IMG/VR virus record: IMGVR_UViG_3300022719_000152
Span: 54,794-118,793 of that record
Reading direction: 5' to 3' (one strand)
Source of the DNA: a virus
Length of the DNA stretch: 64,000 nt
Shown: one piece after another, positions 47,601 to 55,919 of the stretch
Layout of the letters: every line of letters starts with the position of its first letter
Position numbering within the stretch: the first letter of the stretch is position 1
Position numbers and translations under genes: made by a program
The notes under the pieces: model-generated
What the model was told of the DNA's origin: nothing
Seen by the model: the letters and a program-made list of their open reading frames with translations, nothing else
Database searches by the model: none

Positions 47601-50600
47601 TCTGGTAGCGAGTGGTAGACCATCAATCGACCCATCGTTGTCTTGTTCTTCTTGGGCGCGCCTTCCTTCAGCAGAGACAATGGGTCCTTGTTGATGTCAG
47701 ACAGGTCGATGACCTCATTGAGGTCGATCTCTTTGTTCTTCGTGGCCTTCACTGCGTCTAAGAGATTGTCGAATTTCTTCCCTTTGTCTTTACCCATTTC
47801 GGTAAGCTTGTAGAGACCGAGCATAGCCTCCTGCTCTGGCTTGAACATGAGTGAGCCGGTAGAGGGGCTAAAAAGGTTATGCGACGGGACCATCTTGGAG
47901 GCTTCGCGCACCGCCGAGGGGCTTACTGGGACGAAGGCAGCCATCTTGTCACCATCGAAGTCAGCGTTGTACCCAGACGTAGCCAATGGATGGATCTTGA
48001 TGGCCTTCCCGTCAGTTAGGCGCGGCTTGAACGCTTGGACTCCAAACTTGTGCAGAACTGGGTCACGTTTCAGCAGTAGAGGCCTCTCATTCACAACCTT
48101 CTCTAGGTGCTTATCGGAAGCGATAGTGCTTTCCTTCACTTCCTTCTGGGCCTGTAGGGGTCGGTACCCTGAACGCACCATGCTCTGTACGACGAAAGGC
48201 TTGTAGAGTTCACGAGCTGCTTTATGAGGTATGCCCACCTCGTCGAGGGAGAGCGACGGCTCTGGAACAATAGTGCTGCGCATGGAGAGGTCTTGCCGAC
48301 GACCAATTATCTTGCTCTGGAAGAATCCTTCCTTGGGGCTGGCACCTGCGATGAGACCGGCGATTCCCTTGAGCTGCTTACCGTGGGAGGTGACTCCAGA
48401 CATGGTCAGCGACTTGAGTCCGTCGTACATCGTGGACTCCAGCTTCGTCTTCTCCTCCGGAGGAAGGGCAGGATCGAACGTTTTGATTTGGTCGTTGGTC
48501 GCGCCCACCAACTGATAGATGCGGTTGAGGTCGTCGAGGTTCAACTGGCCATCATCACGCACCATCACCGGCCGCATGGTCGGAGGCAGCACCGGCAAGT
48601 GTCGCATGGTGTACGCCTCGGTGGGCTTCATGCCGGCACGCTTGAGGGCGTTCAGGTACTTGAGTTTCTTGTTGGCGTCGTTCAGCTTGTTCGTTCGTAG
48701 CTTAGGTATCTCGGCCTGGATATTCTTCATCTCTCCATCGATATCGATTTGCTTCAGCTTGGAGATGATGGCTTCCGGGCCGGTCTTACCGTCCAACTCC
48801 TCTTTGCCATTGATGATTGCAGAGAACTGCTTCTTCTTCAGACCCAACAGAGATTGGACAGGAGTCTCAAACACGGGGTTTGGCATTCGAGATTCGAGCT
48901 TGATGTGCGACCACTTGCCGCCGAGATGACCCTCGGGCCACTTGGTCCCCGTAACATCCGGGTCAAAGATACCGCCCTTCTCTGGCTTGAGCTTACTACC
49001 TTGCAGAGCTCGAGAGGGCCGCTTGAGCTCGCCGTTGGACATGGCCAAGGTCTTCTTGTCCGTAAGCGGGGCCAAGAAGAGGTCGTTACCGTCCTTCTGA
49101 ACGTCTAGACCCATGCCCTTGAGGTACCCCTCAAATTTCTTCCACACGAATGGGATCTTTGGGGTGGGTATTGAGGAGCCGGACTGAAGCTGCACCCAGA
49201 ACTCATCGTTTTTATCCGATTTATAGCTTTGCATCTCACGAACATTCTCTCGAGCATTGTGAGCAAGCATAGCGTAGAGACCCATAGCGTCCATCGTCTG
49301 AGCACCGTGAGGGCCTCCCTTCCTAGGGGCCATGTTGGAATCGTAGGCGTGACGAGAACGAACAGAGAGGCCCTTCTCAGCAGTGTGATGAAGTTTGTAG
49401 ATATACTGATCTCCAGTCAGTACCTTACCCAAAGACTTATTGGTGTTCGGGTCAAACAGCTCCTCTGTGTCACTGATACCTGCCTTCTTCAACTCGTCTT
49501 GAAGATCACGGGTGTAGTCCTTCTTAGAGGGGTCGAAGTTGTTGACGACGTAGGGCTTACCCTTCTTATCGGAAATCTTGGATGCTGCTGTCTCAAGAAC
49601 CTGCCCCAGATTGATACGAGTGGGGACTCCAGTTGGGTTGAGTAGCACCTGGACTGCATTTCCATCCTTGTCCTTAGGCATCTCATGGTCAGGGAGAATG
49701 TTGGTGATGATACCTTTGTTGCCGTGCCGGCCAACAATTTTGTCTCCTATATCCGCAGGAGCATCGGCCTTGATGTACACGGTGGTCTTCTTGCCATGCT
49801 TGACGACGCGGGTGACGGTACCGGGAGCGTCCTTCTCCCACCGAGTATCCCGGGCGCGCATGGGATTGAGACGCTTCTTTGAGAACAGGCCCAGCATCTG
49901 TTGCTCTGGAGTGACGAGCTCCTTGCGCAGAGCTCCTATGATGACGTCGCCAGGCTCTACACGCTGGCCCTCCATGATTACTGCGTTGTCATCAAGCTTA
50001 TCTGCTTGCTCTCTGGTGACCTGGCCCGCTGTCTGGGCGAGGAACTTCTTCTTGTTGAGGACGGTATTCTTGTCAGCTTGCACGTTGTTGCGAAACATAT
50101 GCTCAGACGTGAGCTTCTTCGCTGCCGAATCGGAGATGACGATGCCATCCTCGAAGTTGTACCCCTGATAAGGCATGTAGGCGACCCGGAGGTTGGTGCC
50201 CAGGGCCAGCGTACCATCCTTGGTGAAGTTGGTGTCCGCAACCGGCTGGCCGGCTTTGACCTGGTCACCTTTTTTGACGATAGGAGTTGAATTGATGACA
50301 CTCTTGTCATCATTCAGTGGGAAGTCGTCGTAGAGTTGTACCTCATGTCGTTTCCCATCGTCTCCGCGGATGACCACACCATCTTTCTTGATCTTCTCTA
50401 CCTTGCCAGCGACAGGAGACATGTGTGAAACGAATGAGCCGACGAGCTGCTCCCAAGTGGCTGGGGTATCAGAGCGGACCTGGACCTTAGGCTGCTCTCT
50501 GTCCTTGAGAGCGACGGCTTGCTCAATCTGCTTGGCGGCCACCATGGTTCGATTGCCCTGGTTGTTCTGCAAGAAGGGGATCATGTTGGCGCTGAGGTCA

Positions 50601-52054
50601 AACATGCCCTTGGAGGACTTCAGAACGTAGTCCACGTCAGAGGGCTTGGACAGTATGGTCGTACCCTCCTTATCCGAGATCTTCACCAGTCGGCCCACCG
50701 GCTTCATCTCACCATTCTTCATCTCATACTGATCTGGGTACGCGACATTGGACGTGAGCGCAGTGGCCGGATCAATCCACTCGGTCTTCTTGGTCTTGGT
50801 GTTGTAAGCACGGACCTTGAGATCTTTCCCCCTCTTCTCAGCACCCAAGGAGAGCTGCAGCGTCGTACCAATCTTAGCCGACTCTGGGGTCTGGATGGGA
50901 TCAAGGAACCCCATGTGGCTTGGGTTGATGAGCTTGGCCGCGTCCGTCACCTGGTGAATTGAGCCGATACCTCCCTCGCCCAACACAGTCGTTCGACGGT
51001 TCCCTGATATGTAGCTCATGGGGTTCATCTGGTCTGGCTGGCTGGAGAGGTTGGAGGAAGAGAAGAAGCTACGTATGGGCTTGCCAAATTGCTCTGGGTT
51101 GATGATCTCCTTGACCTTGGTCTTCTTGTCCACGTTGTTGGAGATTTTGCGGCGCACGTTCCACTTGTCGTTGCGCTCGAAACGATCCACCAGCAAGTCC
51201 TCGGCAGACATCAGATCCTTGAACCGGAGAGAGTCCCTATCGTCAGTCTTTTCTTCCTGTCGAGATACACGTAGGATCTTGTGCGAGCCGTCGAGGAGAG
51301 CGCTCCCGGTGACCTTGTCATAAGGAGTTCCCAATGTGACTTTTGTAGAATCTGGACGCAGCACAGTGCGCTCCATCTCCTCCTTGATCTTCTCCCGGGC
51401 CTCTTCCATTGACTCTGGGTTCTCACCCGTCATCGACTTGTAGAACTTCTTCAACGCTACGTCGTGCTTCTCCTTCTGGTTGGCAGAGAGAATCTCTTTG
51501 CCCCAGCGCCGCTCTATCGTGTCGTCGTCAACCCCCATCTCTTTGAGAATCGGGTACAGGGCAATGTTTGCATTCTTACCCTGATGCTTCATCGTCATCT
51601 TCTTGGTCTTGGGGTCGAAGTTCATTTCGAACCCAAGACCCTTGGCAAGGTTCCACTGAGATGCAATGTCGCCGTTGTCCTTCACTCGGGTGTAGACGCC
51701 AGACTTCAACCGGAACTGGTTGTTCACCTGGTACTCGTTGCCGTTGACAATGTAGGTGTATCGATTGGTGACCTTGGGGAGTTGGGCGACAGTAACGGCT
51801 TGGCGGTCTTTCACCTTGCCTGTTTTGTTGTCCACGAGCTCTACTTCGGCTCGGACAGGCACTGACCAGGTCTGGTCTTTAAGCTTGGCCTGCTTTTGGC
51901 TCCGGATATCGTCGATATCCTTGTTGTCATCCACCCAGACCTTGTTCACCTGAAGGGTGTTCTTCTTACCCTCTATAGGAAACTGGTCTTTGACGACCAT
52001 GGATACTCGATCTTTGAGTGTGCTGAATGCGTCTTGTGGTTCCCAGTGTGCCAT
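44660..52054 (-). CDS. rpoBC: DNA-directed RNA polymerase, fused beta-beta' single chain, with intein
   Basis: Beta motifs: YIVNG, DPIQTPE, GYNFED, GDKIVGRHGNKG, YKLHH. Beta' motifs: LPVLPP, RDPVLH, NADFDGD, RSPLKC, GEPATQL. Confidence 0.95.
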   Translation of the reverse strand: MAHWEPQDAFSTLKDRVSMVVKDQFPIEGKKNTLQVNKVWVDDNKDIDDIRSQKQAKLKDQTWSVPVRAEVELVDNKTGKVKDRQAVTVAQLPKVTNRYTYIVNGNEYQVNNQFRLKSGVYTRVKDNGDIASQWNLAKGLGFEMNFDPKTKKMTMKHQGKNANIALYPILKEMGVDDDTIERRWGKEILSANQKEKHDVALKKFYKSMTGENPESMEEAREKIKEEMERTVLRPDSTKVTLGTPYDKVTGSALLDGSHKILRVSRQEEKTDDRDSLRFKDLMSAEDLLVDRFERNDKWNVRRKISNNVDKKTKVKEIINPEQFGKPIRSFFSSSNLSSQPDQMNPMSYISGNRRTTVLGEGGIGSIHQVTDAAKLINPSHMGFLDPIQTPESAKIGTTLQLSLGAEKRGKDLKVRAYNTKTKKTEWIDPATALTSNVAYPDQYEMKNGEMKPVGRLVKISDKEGTTILSKPSDVDYVLKSSKGMFDLSANMIPFLQNNQGNRTMVAAKQIEQAVALKDREQPKVQVRSDTPATWEQLVGSFVSHMSPVAGKVEKIKKDGVVIRGDDGKRHEVQLYDDFPLNDDKSVINSTPIVKKGDQVKAGQPVADTNFTKDGTLALGTNLRVAYMPYQGYNFEDGIVISDSAAKKLTSEHMFRNNVQADKNTVLNKKKFLAQTAGQVTREQADKLDDNAVIMEGQRVEPGDVIIGALRKELVTPEQQMLGLFSKKRLNPMRARDTRWEKDAPGTVTRVVKHGKKTTVYIKADAPADIGDKIVGRHGNKGIITNILPDHEMPKDKDGNAVQVLLNPTGVPTRINLGQVLETAASKISDKKGKPYVVNNFDPSKKDYTRDLQDELKKAGISDTEELFDPNTNKSLGKVLTGDQYIYKLHHTAEKGLSVRSRHAYDSNMAPRKGGPHGAQTMDAMGLYAMLAHNARENVREMQSYKSDKNDEFWVQLQSGSSIPTPKIPFVWKKFEGYLKGMGLDVQKDGNDLFLAPLTDKKTLAMSNGELKRPSRALQGSKLKPEKGGIFDPDVTGTKWPEGHLGGKWSHIKLESRMPNPVFETPVQSLLGLKKKQFSAIINGKEELDGKTGPEAIISKLKQIDIDGEMKNIQAEIPKLRTNKLNDANKKLKYLNALKRAGMKPTEAYTMRHLPVLPPTMRPVMVRDDGQLNLDDLNRIYQLVGATNDQIKTFDPALPPEEKTKLESTMYDGLKSLTMSGVTSHGKQLKGIAGLIAGASPKEGFFQSKIIGRRQDLSMRSTIVPEPSLSLDEVGIPHKAARELYKPFVVQSMVRSGYRPLQAQKEVKESTIASDKHLEKVVNERPLLLKRDPVLHKFGVQAFKPRLTDGKAIKIHPLATSGYNADFDGDKMAAFVPVSPSAVREASKMVPSHNLFSPSTGSLMFKPEQEAMLGLYKLTEMGKDKGKKFDNLLDAVKATKNKEIDLNEVIDLSDINKDPLSLLKEGAPKKNKTTMGRLMVYHSLPEKVRDERILYDPAFNLNKKSLNDLLTRIAKDSTGDFGWAADRLKDIGNEHSTGLSISLKDFESDSRFRDSLMAAAAKEETKIRNSRASSDKKAEKIVNLYSKVSATLDKEGKKRMDKKTDNRMYDWIKSGARGKWDNFKQMTLAPVLVADSSGKPVPVPINKSYSEGLDIGSYWASMHGARMGTIGRVEGTWRPGLMSKQLIQTTMNQMVVDEDCGTSKGIILPVDNRDILDRYTSRAIKLGTKGGKEKGTIPAGTLITPDVVNRLRNNKVSEVRVRSPLKCEHGDGMCGKCYGLNENGEIHNPGTNVGVMAAHALGEPATQLSMNAFHCNHSDSLVFVRRLEGEPYAVTMEDFFESMQVDVEVEGDEEIKDLSGANIETLSKEGWVPVTHVRRHAPSRPMRMLSGGGLVTICQDNHPVAVWQNAVQCESCGYHRLKKNGTRAVCPSCKKAQRFQERKPVGQVGYLPPTELDPKRFFLHKNLKPVISHECTNDIAEKYIGEDPWVVGMFLAEGCVTFKRSHARMQEKKPYALDFAQNDGPIKDKLVLALEASGHGPRVYTKRVIVNSLALGAKFHSLFGRYAHKKSLPPRFIQFDLDWLRRCLAGIIDGDGTVERHKDGPDTIGIDTTSFELAQQVAFVAIRLGIDSSIVATTIGEITRKQGFKVRLRMTPLACALLEDSIKVTQIEKKSLTSGPPSIEKHVLLTLNREILYDEPYVYDLTTESGTLYVGGLLSHNTGGVVGAKGTDAINVFTRLEQLLNVPKKLPGSATLAQAEGKIEQVKKDEAGGWSVYIHGQRHYVPGSRKLKVKKGDLVRRGDAISSGPKNPMEMLPLTNINSVQRYLTDEIQGTYESVAPIRRRNTETFVRAMTNLSEVLDPGDHEDVIRGDRMPTSEINKFNRNLPKGKKSVVYRPMLKGVNQLPLELQTDWIARLQSQKLKGTLIDAAAEGWRSALHSTNPVPGMAYGKEFGKGTEEAPWLY
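45395..46615 (-). mobile_element. Intein in the RNAP beta' trigger loop (407 aa) with LAGLIDADG endonuclease
   Basis: AFH|CNHSDS ... VYDL...LSHN|TGG, with GMFLAEG and LAGIIDGDG. Visibly more AT-rich than its flanks. Confidence 0.9.
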
Positions 52055-52134
52055 TCTCGCCTTCCGTGCCTAGTCGCTGGCGATGCTTGTCGCCTCAAAG
52101 CCCAGAGGATTCAAAGGGTTGCCCAATAGTACCT

Positions 52135-52164
52135 CGGAAACCCCAAGTAGCAAATGGGTATAAG
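52135..52164 (+). promoter_or_regulatory. Putative phage promoter
   Basis: CGGAAA-N15-GGGTATAAG, divergent from the RNAP gene. Confidence 0.55.
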
Positions 52165-52215
52165 ACAGTTGAGGCCCGAATCATAGCCAAAACCAATACC
52201 GGAAAAGGGAATATT

Positions 52216-52368
52216 ATGAGCAGAACTGGATCTACAACTAGCTTCTTCCAATCAGCCTTGTCTTCAGCAGTAGGAGGAAACTCCTCGTGGGGATCTGGGT
52301 CAGGAAGCAGCACAAGCAGTAGTGGAAAGAGTTCCAAGGGAAGCAACGCTAAGGGCAAAGGAAAGTGA
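52216..52368 (+). CDS. Small Ser/Gly-rich peptide (50 aa)
   Basis: Purine-rich RBS-like stretch and MSRTGSTTSFFQSALSSAVGGNSSWGSG..., directly behind the promoter motif. Confidence 0.45.
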   Translation: MSRTGSTTSFFQSALSSAVGGNSSWGSGSGSSTSSSGKSSKGSNAKGKGK

Positions 52369-52460
52369 GCATTTTCTTTTGGTCGATTGTTGCTGGAGCT
52401 CTGTTCAGATTCAGACACGATCTCATTCGTGAGGTCAATCGGCACCTCGCCGAAGCGTAA
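52365..52460 (+). CDS. Small hydrophobic peptide (31 aa)
   Basis: GTGA overlap with the previous ORF and AAAGGA RBS. Translates as MSIFFWSIVAGALFRFRHDLIREVNRHLAEA. Confidence 0.4.
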   Translation: MSIFFWSIVAGALFRFRHDLIREVNRHLAEA

Positions 52461-52466
52461 ATCTAC

Positions 52467-52874
52467 ATGGTCACATGCCTGATTTGCGATGAGCCACTAC
52501 TCGGGCCAGTGGCAATTCGTATACGGCAGGGGTGTGTCCGCAATTTCAAGTGGGGGACGACGATAGCAGAGACGATGGGGTTTAGGGACGGGTCCACAAT
52601 CAAGTGGGTCTGTAAAAGGTGCGCCATAGAGCGGTGCATCTTCCCGAACACCCTTGAGGATAAAACCTGCTTCTTGTGTAACAAGGGGTTCGTTTCTACG
52701 TTGCAACCCCATGCGGACATAGTCCTCCTAGTAGAAAAATGCCTGTTGAAGCCCAGCACCAAAGGGAAGCGACTGGCAGTGAAACCTCTCCAGGGAGGCC
52801 ACGTCCACAATGACTGTGCATGGAAAGATTGGGATCTGCCGTTATGGAAACTGCAGTCAAGAGACATCGCGTAG
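52467..52874 (+). CDS. Cys/His-rich Zn-finger protein
   Basis: CLIC, CKRC, CFLC and HNDC. Confidence 0.55.
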   Translation: MVTCLICDEPLLGPVAIRIRQGCVRNFKWGTTIAETMGFRDGSTIKWVCKRCAIERCIFPNTLEDKTCFLCNKGFVSTLQPHADIVLLVEKCLLKPSTKGKRLAVKPLQGGHVHNDCAWKDWDLPLWKLQSRDIA

Positions 52875-53125
52875 TTCCAGCGAAGGCAGTTCCCCGTCGC
52901 AAGTGTGATCACTGCGCTCGTGAGACTGACATGGTCATCATCACGAGAAGGACGTTCTACCCCCGAAGGGGAGAAACAGAAACTCTGATATTCTGCTCTG
53001 AAATCTGCGAGCGGGAGTATCTCTATGACGACGTGCTCGCCGCGGATGTCCAGCAGCGCGTGGACGATGAGCTCGCCGGCGTCAAGAGTACTCTATGCTC
53101 CGCTTGCAGACGTAAGGTGGAATAG
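52844..53125 (+). CDS. Zn-finger protein (TRASH/MYM-like)
   Basis: CDHC...FCSEIC and CSAC. Confidence 0.55.
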   Translation: METAVKRHRVVPAKAVPRRKCDHCARETDMVIITRRTFYPRRGETETLIFCSEICEREYLYDDVLAADVQQRVDDELAGVKSTLCSACRRKVE

Positions 53126-53133
53126 GAAGGAGC

Positions 53134-53162
53134 GAGGGGCCGGCGCCGGCCCCTCATTTTTT
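53134..53162 (+). terminator. Rho-independent terminator
   Basis: Perfect 22-bp palindrome GAGGGGCCGGCGCCGGCCCCTC followed by ATTTTTT. Confidence 0.75.
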
Positions 53163-53255
53163 AGCCGTCATTTTTGTCATACAAAAAATGACAGGTCAGT
53201 GACGTACTGCGTCATCTCAATCTGTGGGGCAAGAGGGCAGCGCTTTTAGCGTTGC

Positions 53256-55322
53256 TCAGATCATGGTGGCTTCAGGGCCGCGCTGAGGGGGTCGCTGCTC
53301 AGGCAGCGGCATGGCAGCAGAGTTCTGCTGAGCCCCTGTAGCAGATTGCATGATGGGTAGGATGAGTTGGTAGAGCTGTGGGTTCTTCTGGCGAATGCTT
53401 ACGAGCTCTGCTTGGCGCTGGTCGTCGGGAAGTTGGTTCAGCCATGCAACAACCTTCTGTGCGATCACCATGACGTCGTAGCCTGCGCCGGCCTGCTCTC
53501 CACCCACAGGAGATTGAGATCCCTCCATCCCTGGAGGAGCTGAAGCGCCTTGCTCTTGAGCTGCTGCTTGCTCGGCCGCGGGGTCCATTGGGGCTGCGGG
53601 TGGGATCTCCATGCCTGGGACCTGACCGGCAGCGTTCATCATGCCAGTCTCTTGGTTGATCATCTGGCCTACTGCAGCCGGGCTGGCCTGTCCAGGTATA
53701 CCAGCGGTGGGCATAGGCTCTGTGGCCGGCATACCCATAGCTGCAGCATCGGGAGTCTGCTCCATCATCATCTTCTGGCCGCGGAGCTGGTACTTCGCCA
53801 TGACCATTTGGCTCTCGCCCTGGATGCGAGCCTGCGCTAGAGCTTGCCGACGCTGACCTTCGAGGATGTACTTGCGCTCCTCCTCGATACGGTCTTGTTC
53901 CTTCCTCGAATCCCAGTTGGTGTCCTCGAGCAGAGAGTTGTCCGAGATCTTGCCAGCCTGATTGAGCTGAAGATTGAATGCGGCCCGCTGCAGATCATCA
54001 GCCAGCTTGAACGGCTTGTAGCGAACGTTGACTGGAGCCCAGCCCATGAACGAGGCGATCTGGGGGATGACAAAGTCGAGGACCATAGTCTTTCGCTGAC
54101 TGCGCTGGTCTTCAAAGTGGTTCTCCAAGATACGCATGGAGACGTTAGACCCGGAGTACTGCATCCCTCCGAATACAAACTCGATGGGCACTCCCATACC
54201 GGCAACGATGTGCTCCGACCACTGACGGTACTCTTGGGCCAGCATGAGAGCTCGACCGTCACCACCCAGAGACTCCTGACCCACGGGGAGTGGGAGGATT
54301 GGGATGTAGTTGTTGTCGAGCCGCCAGCGGATGATCTCTTGTTCGATCTTGTCTCGCCACTGGGTCATGTTGATGGTCGTGTAGACGTCGGAGGTGCCAC
54401 TGGCTGACTGTGGGAAGAGGATGCGCAGGGGCACAATGTGTTCGATGGCGATAGCTTCCTGCGCCTTGCGCAGAATCTGCAGGTAGAAAGTGTCCTTCAA
54501 TACCGGCAAGACCATCGGCAGGCCCCAACCCTTGTCCTTCTGAGCAATGGTTGGGCGCTGCAGGTGGTAAATGTTGTTCTTGTTGAACAGCACCGCCTTG
54601 TTCTTGCGGAGCGCTTCAATGAAGACCTGCGGAATGTTCTCTATGATGTGGCGCTTCGACATACGCACGTCGTTCGCCATCGAGGGGGGTATGGTGTAGT
54701 AGTACCGACTTTCCCCCGTTGCTTCATTGTGTTGGACCGTGATGTTCTCTGGGTTCCAACGGATGAGTCGAATGTCTCTCACCGAGCGGATATAGAGATC
54801 CTGGACAATGAACTCTCCGTAGTGCCCACAGCGGCTGCAGTTACCGATGAACTGGTACTCACGAAAGATGTATTTCTGGCGTTGAACCTTCTCGTAGTGA
54901 CCGCAGCTCTTGCACTTGAGGTGCTTGATGAAGGGAAAATAGACGGAGATGAATGAGTTGCCGTAGACGTTGTAGTCGAGCCCTGCTTCAATCTCGAACT
55001 GCTTGTAGTTGAGCACCCTCTTGAATAGGTAGTCCCACTTCTTTCGGAGCTCTTCGCTCCCCTCATCCACGATCATATCGGTGACCGGGTACTCTGCCAT
55101 CTTGTAGCAAGTGGCGTTGATGAGGGGGTTAGTGAGGAAGTAGTACCGGCACCACCGAAGCATCGTTTTGTACGATGTCGGTAGATAGGTGTGAGCAATA
55201 TCGAAGAACGGGGAGGGGTACCGAATCGCACCTAGAGCCTCACCAGTGATGGACCGACCACTGTTGCGAGCGAATCGAAACCCACCAGAGGGGCCGAAAT
55301 TGAGTGCGTCTATCTGAGCCAT
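53256..55322 (-). CDS. Portal protein with a Zn-ribbon insertion and a Q/P/A-rich tail
   Basis: YYFLTNPLINA...YPVTD, DYNVYGNSF, RWNPENI, IYHL...GWGLP and GMGVPIEFVFG portal-like pattern, plus CKSC...CSRC. Confidence 0.75.
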   Translation of the reverse strand: MAQIDALNFGPSGGFRFARNSGRSITGEALGAIRYPSPFFDIAHTYLPTSYKTMLRWCRYYFLTNPLINATCYKMAEYPVTDMIVDEGSEELRKKWDYLFKRVLNYKQFEIEAGLDYNVYGNSFISVYFPFIKHLKCKSCGHYEKVQRQKYIFREYQFIGNCSRCGHYGEFIVQDLYIRSVRDIRLIRWNPENITVQHNEATGESRYYYTIPPSMANDVRMSKRHIIENIPQVFIEALRKNKAVLFNKNNIYHLQRPTIAQKDKGWGLPMVLPVLKDTFYLQILRKAQEAIAIEHIVPLRILFPQSASGTSDVYTTINMTQWRDKIEQEIIRWRLDNNYIPILPLPVGQESLGGDGRALMLAQEYRQWSEHIVAGMGVPIEFVFGGMQYSGSNVSMRILENHFEDQRSQRKTMVLDFVIPQIASFMGWAPVNVRYKPFKLADDLQRAAFNLQLNQAGKISDNSLLEDTNWDSRKEQDRIEEERKYILEGQRRQALAQARIQGESQMVMAKYQLRGQKMMMEQTPDAAAMGMPATEPMPTAGIPGQASPAAVGQMINQETGMMNAAGQVPGMEIPPAAPMDPAAEQAAAQEQGASAPPGMEGSQSPVGGEQAGAGYDVMVIAQKVVAWLNQLPDDQRQAELVSIRQKNPQLYQLILPIMQSATGAQQNSAAMPLPEQRPPQRGPEATMI

Positions 55323-55325
55323 GCG

Positions 55326-55919
55326 TTACCCGTAGTATCTGCGGATTCGATTGATTTGACTGGTAGCTTCAGTGGGTGATGGGGCATTGAGGGCCTGGTC
55401 TACCGTACCACCACTGCGTAGTCGATCAATGACCCGACCAAGCCTACCACCAGCAACTTCGCCAGCAGTAAACATCCCTACCGCAGGAACAAACCCCAAA
55501 CCTCCACCCAATACACCGCCTGCGGCGCCTCCAATGTTGGCCAACCACCGCTCTGCAGCACCACCTTCACCAGTAGGGGAGGCAGGCTGTGATTTACCCA
55601 TTGTCAGAGCTGCGGCTGGAATTCCAAGGGTCAAACTCTTCTCTCCGATGGGTAGGTACTTGGTCACCTTGCCTTTGCCCGTCCAGCCTCCCATCTCCTT
55701 CCAACCTTTTCTCATGCCTTCTACTGGATGCATAACACGCTGAGTTGCGTCACTGAGCCCCTGATGCTGCCCTTTGAAGAACTCCCCTACTGAGCGGGCC
55801 TTGGAGGCCATTCCTTTGCCCAGCGGAGACTTGCCGAGCCGTGTCAAGAGCCTGCTAATGCTGGCTTGTTTCTCGAGCTCATCGACGAAGGCTTCGTACT
55901 CGCTCAGTGGGTGACCCAT
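55326..55919 (-). CDS. Membrane-associated protein with an AFVDELEKQA leader and glycine zipper
   Basis: Shared leader, plus GGAAGGVLGGGLGFVPAVG. Confidence 0.65.
   Translation of the reverse strand: MGHPLSEYEAFVDELEKQASISRLLTRLGKSPLGKGMASKARSVGEFFKGQHQGLSDATQRVMHPVEGMRKGWKEMGGWTGKGKVTKYLPIGEKSLTLGIPAAALTMGKSQPASPTGEGGAAERWLANIGGAAGGVLGGGLGFVPAVGMFTAGEVAGGRLGRVIDRLRSGGTVDQALNAPSPTEATSQINRIRRYYG

Noticed and set aside
44660-52054. Cellular rpoBC locus, i.e. a bacterial chromosome
   Set aside because: No ribosomal protein, nusG or tuf neighbours. The gene is embedded between the portal and baseplate spike and is heavily reduced.
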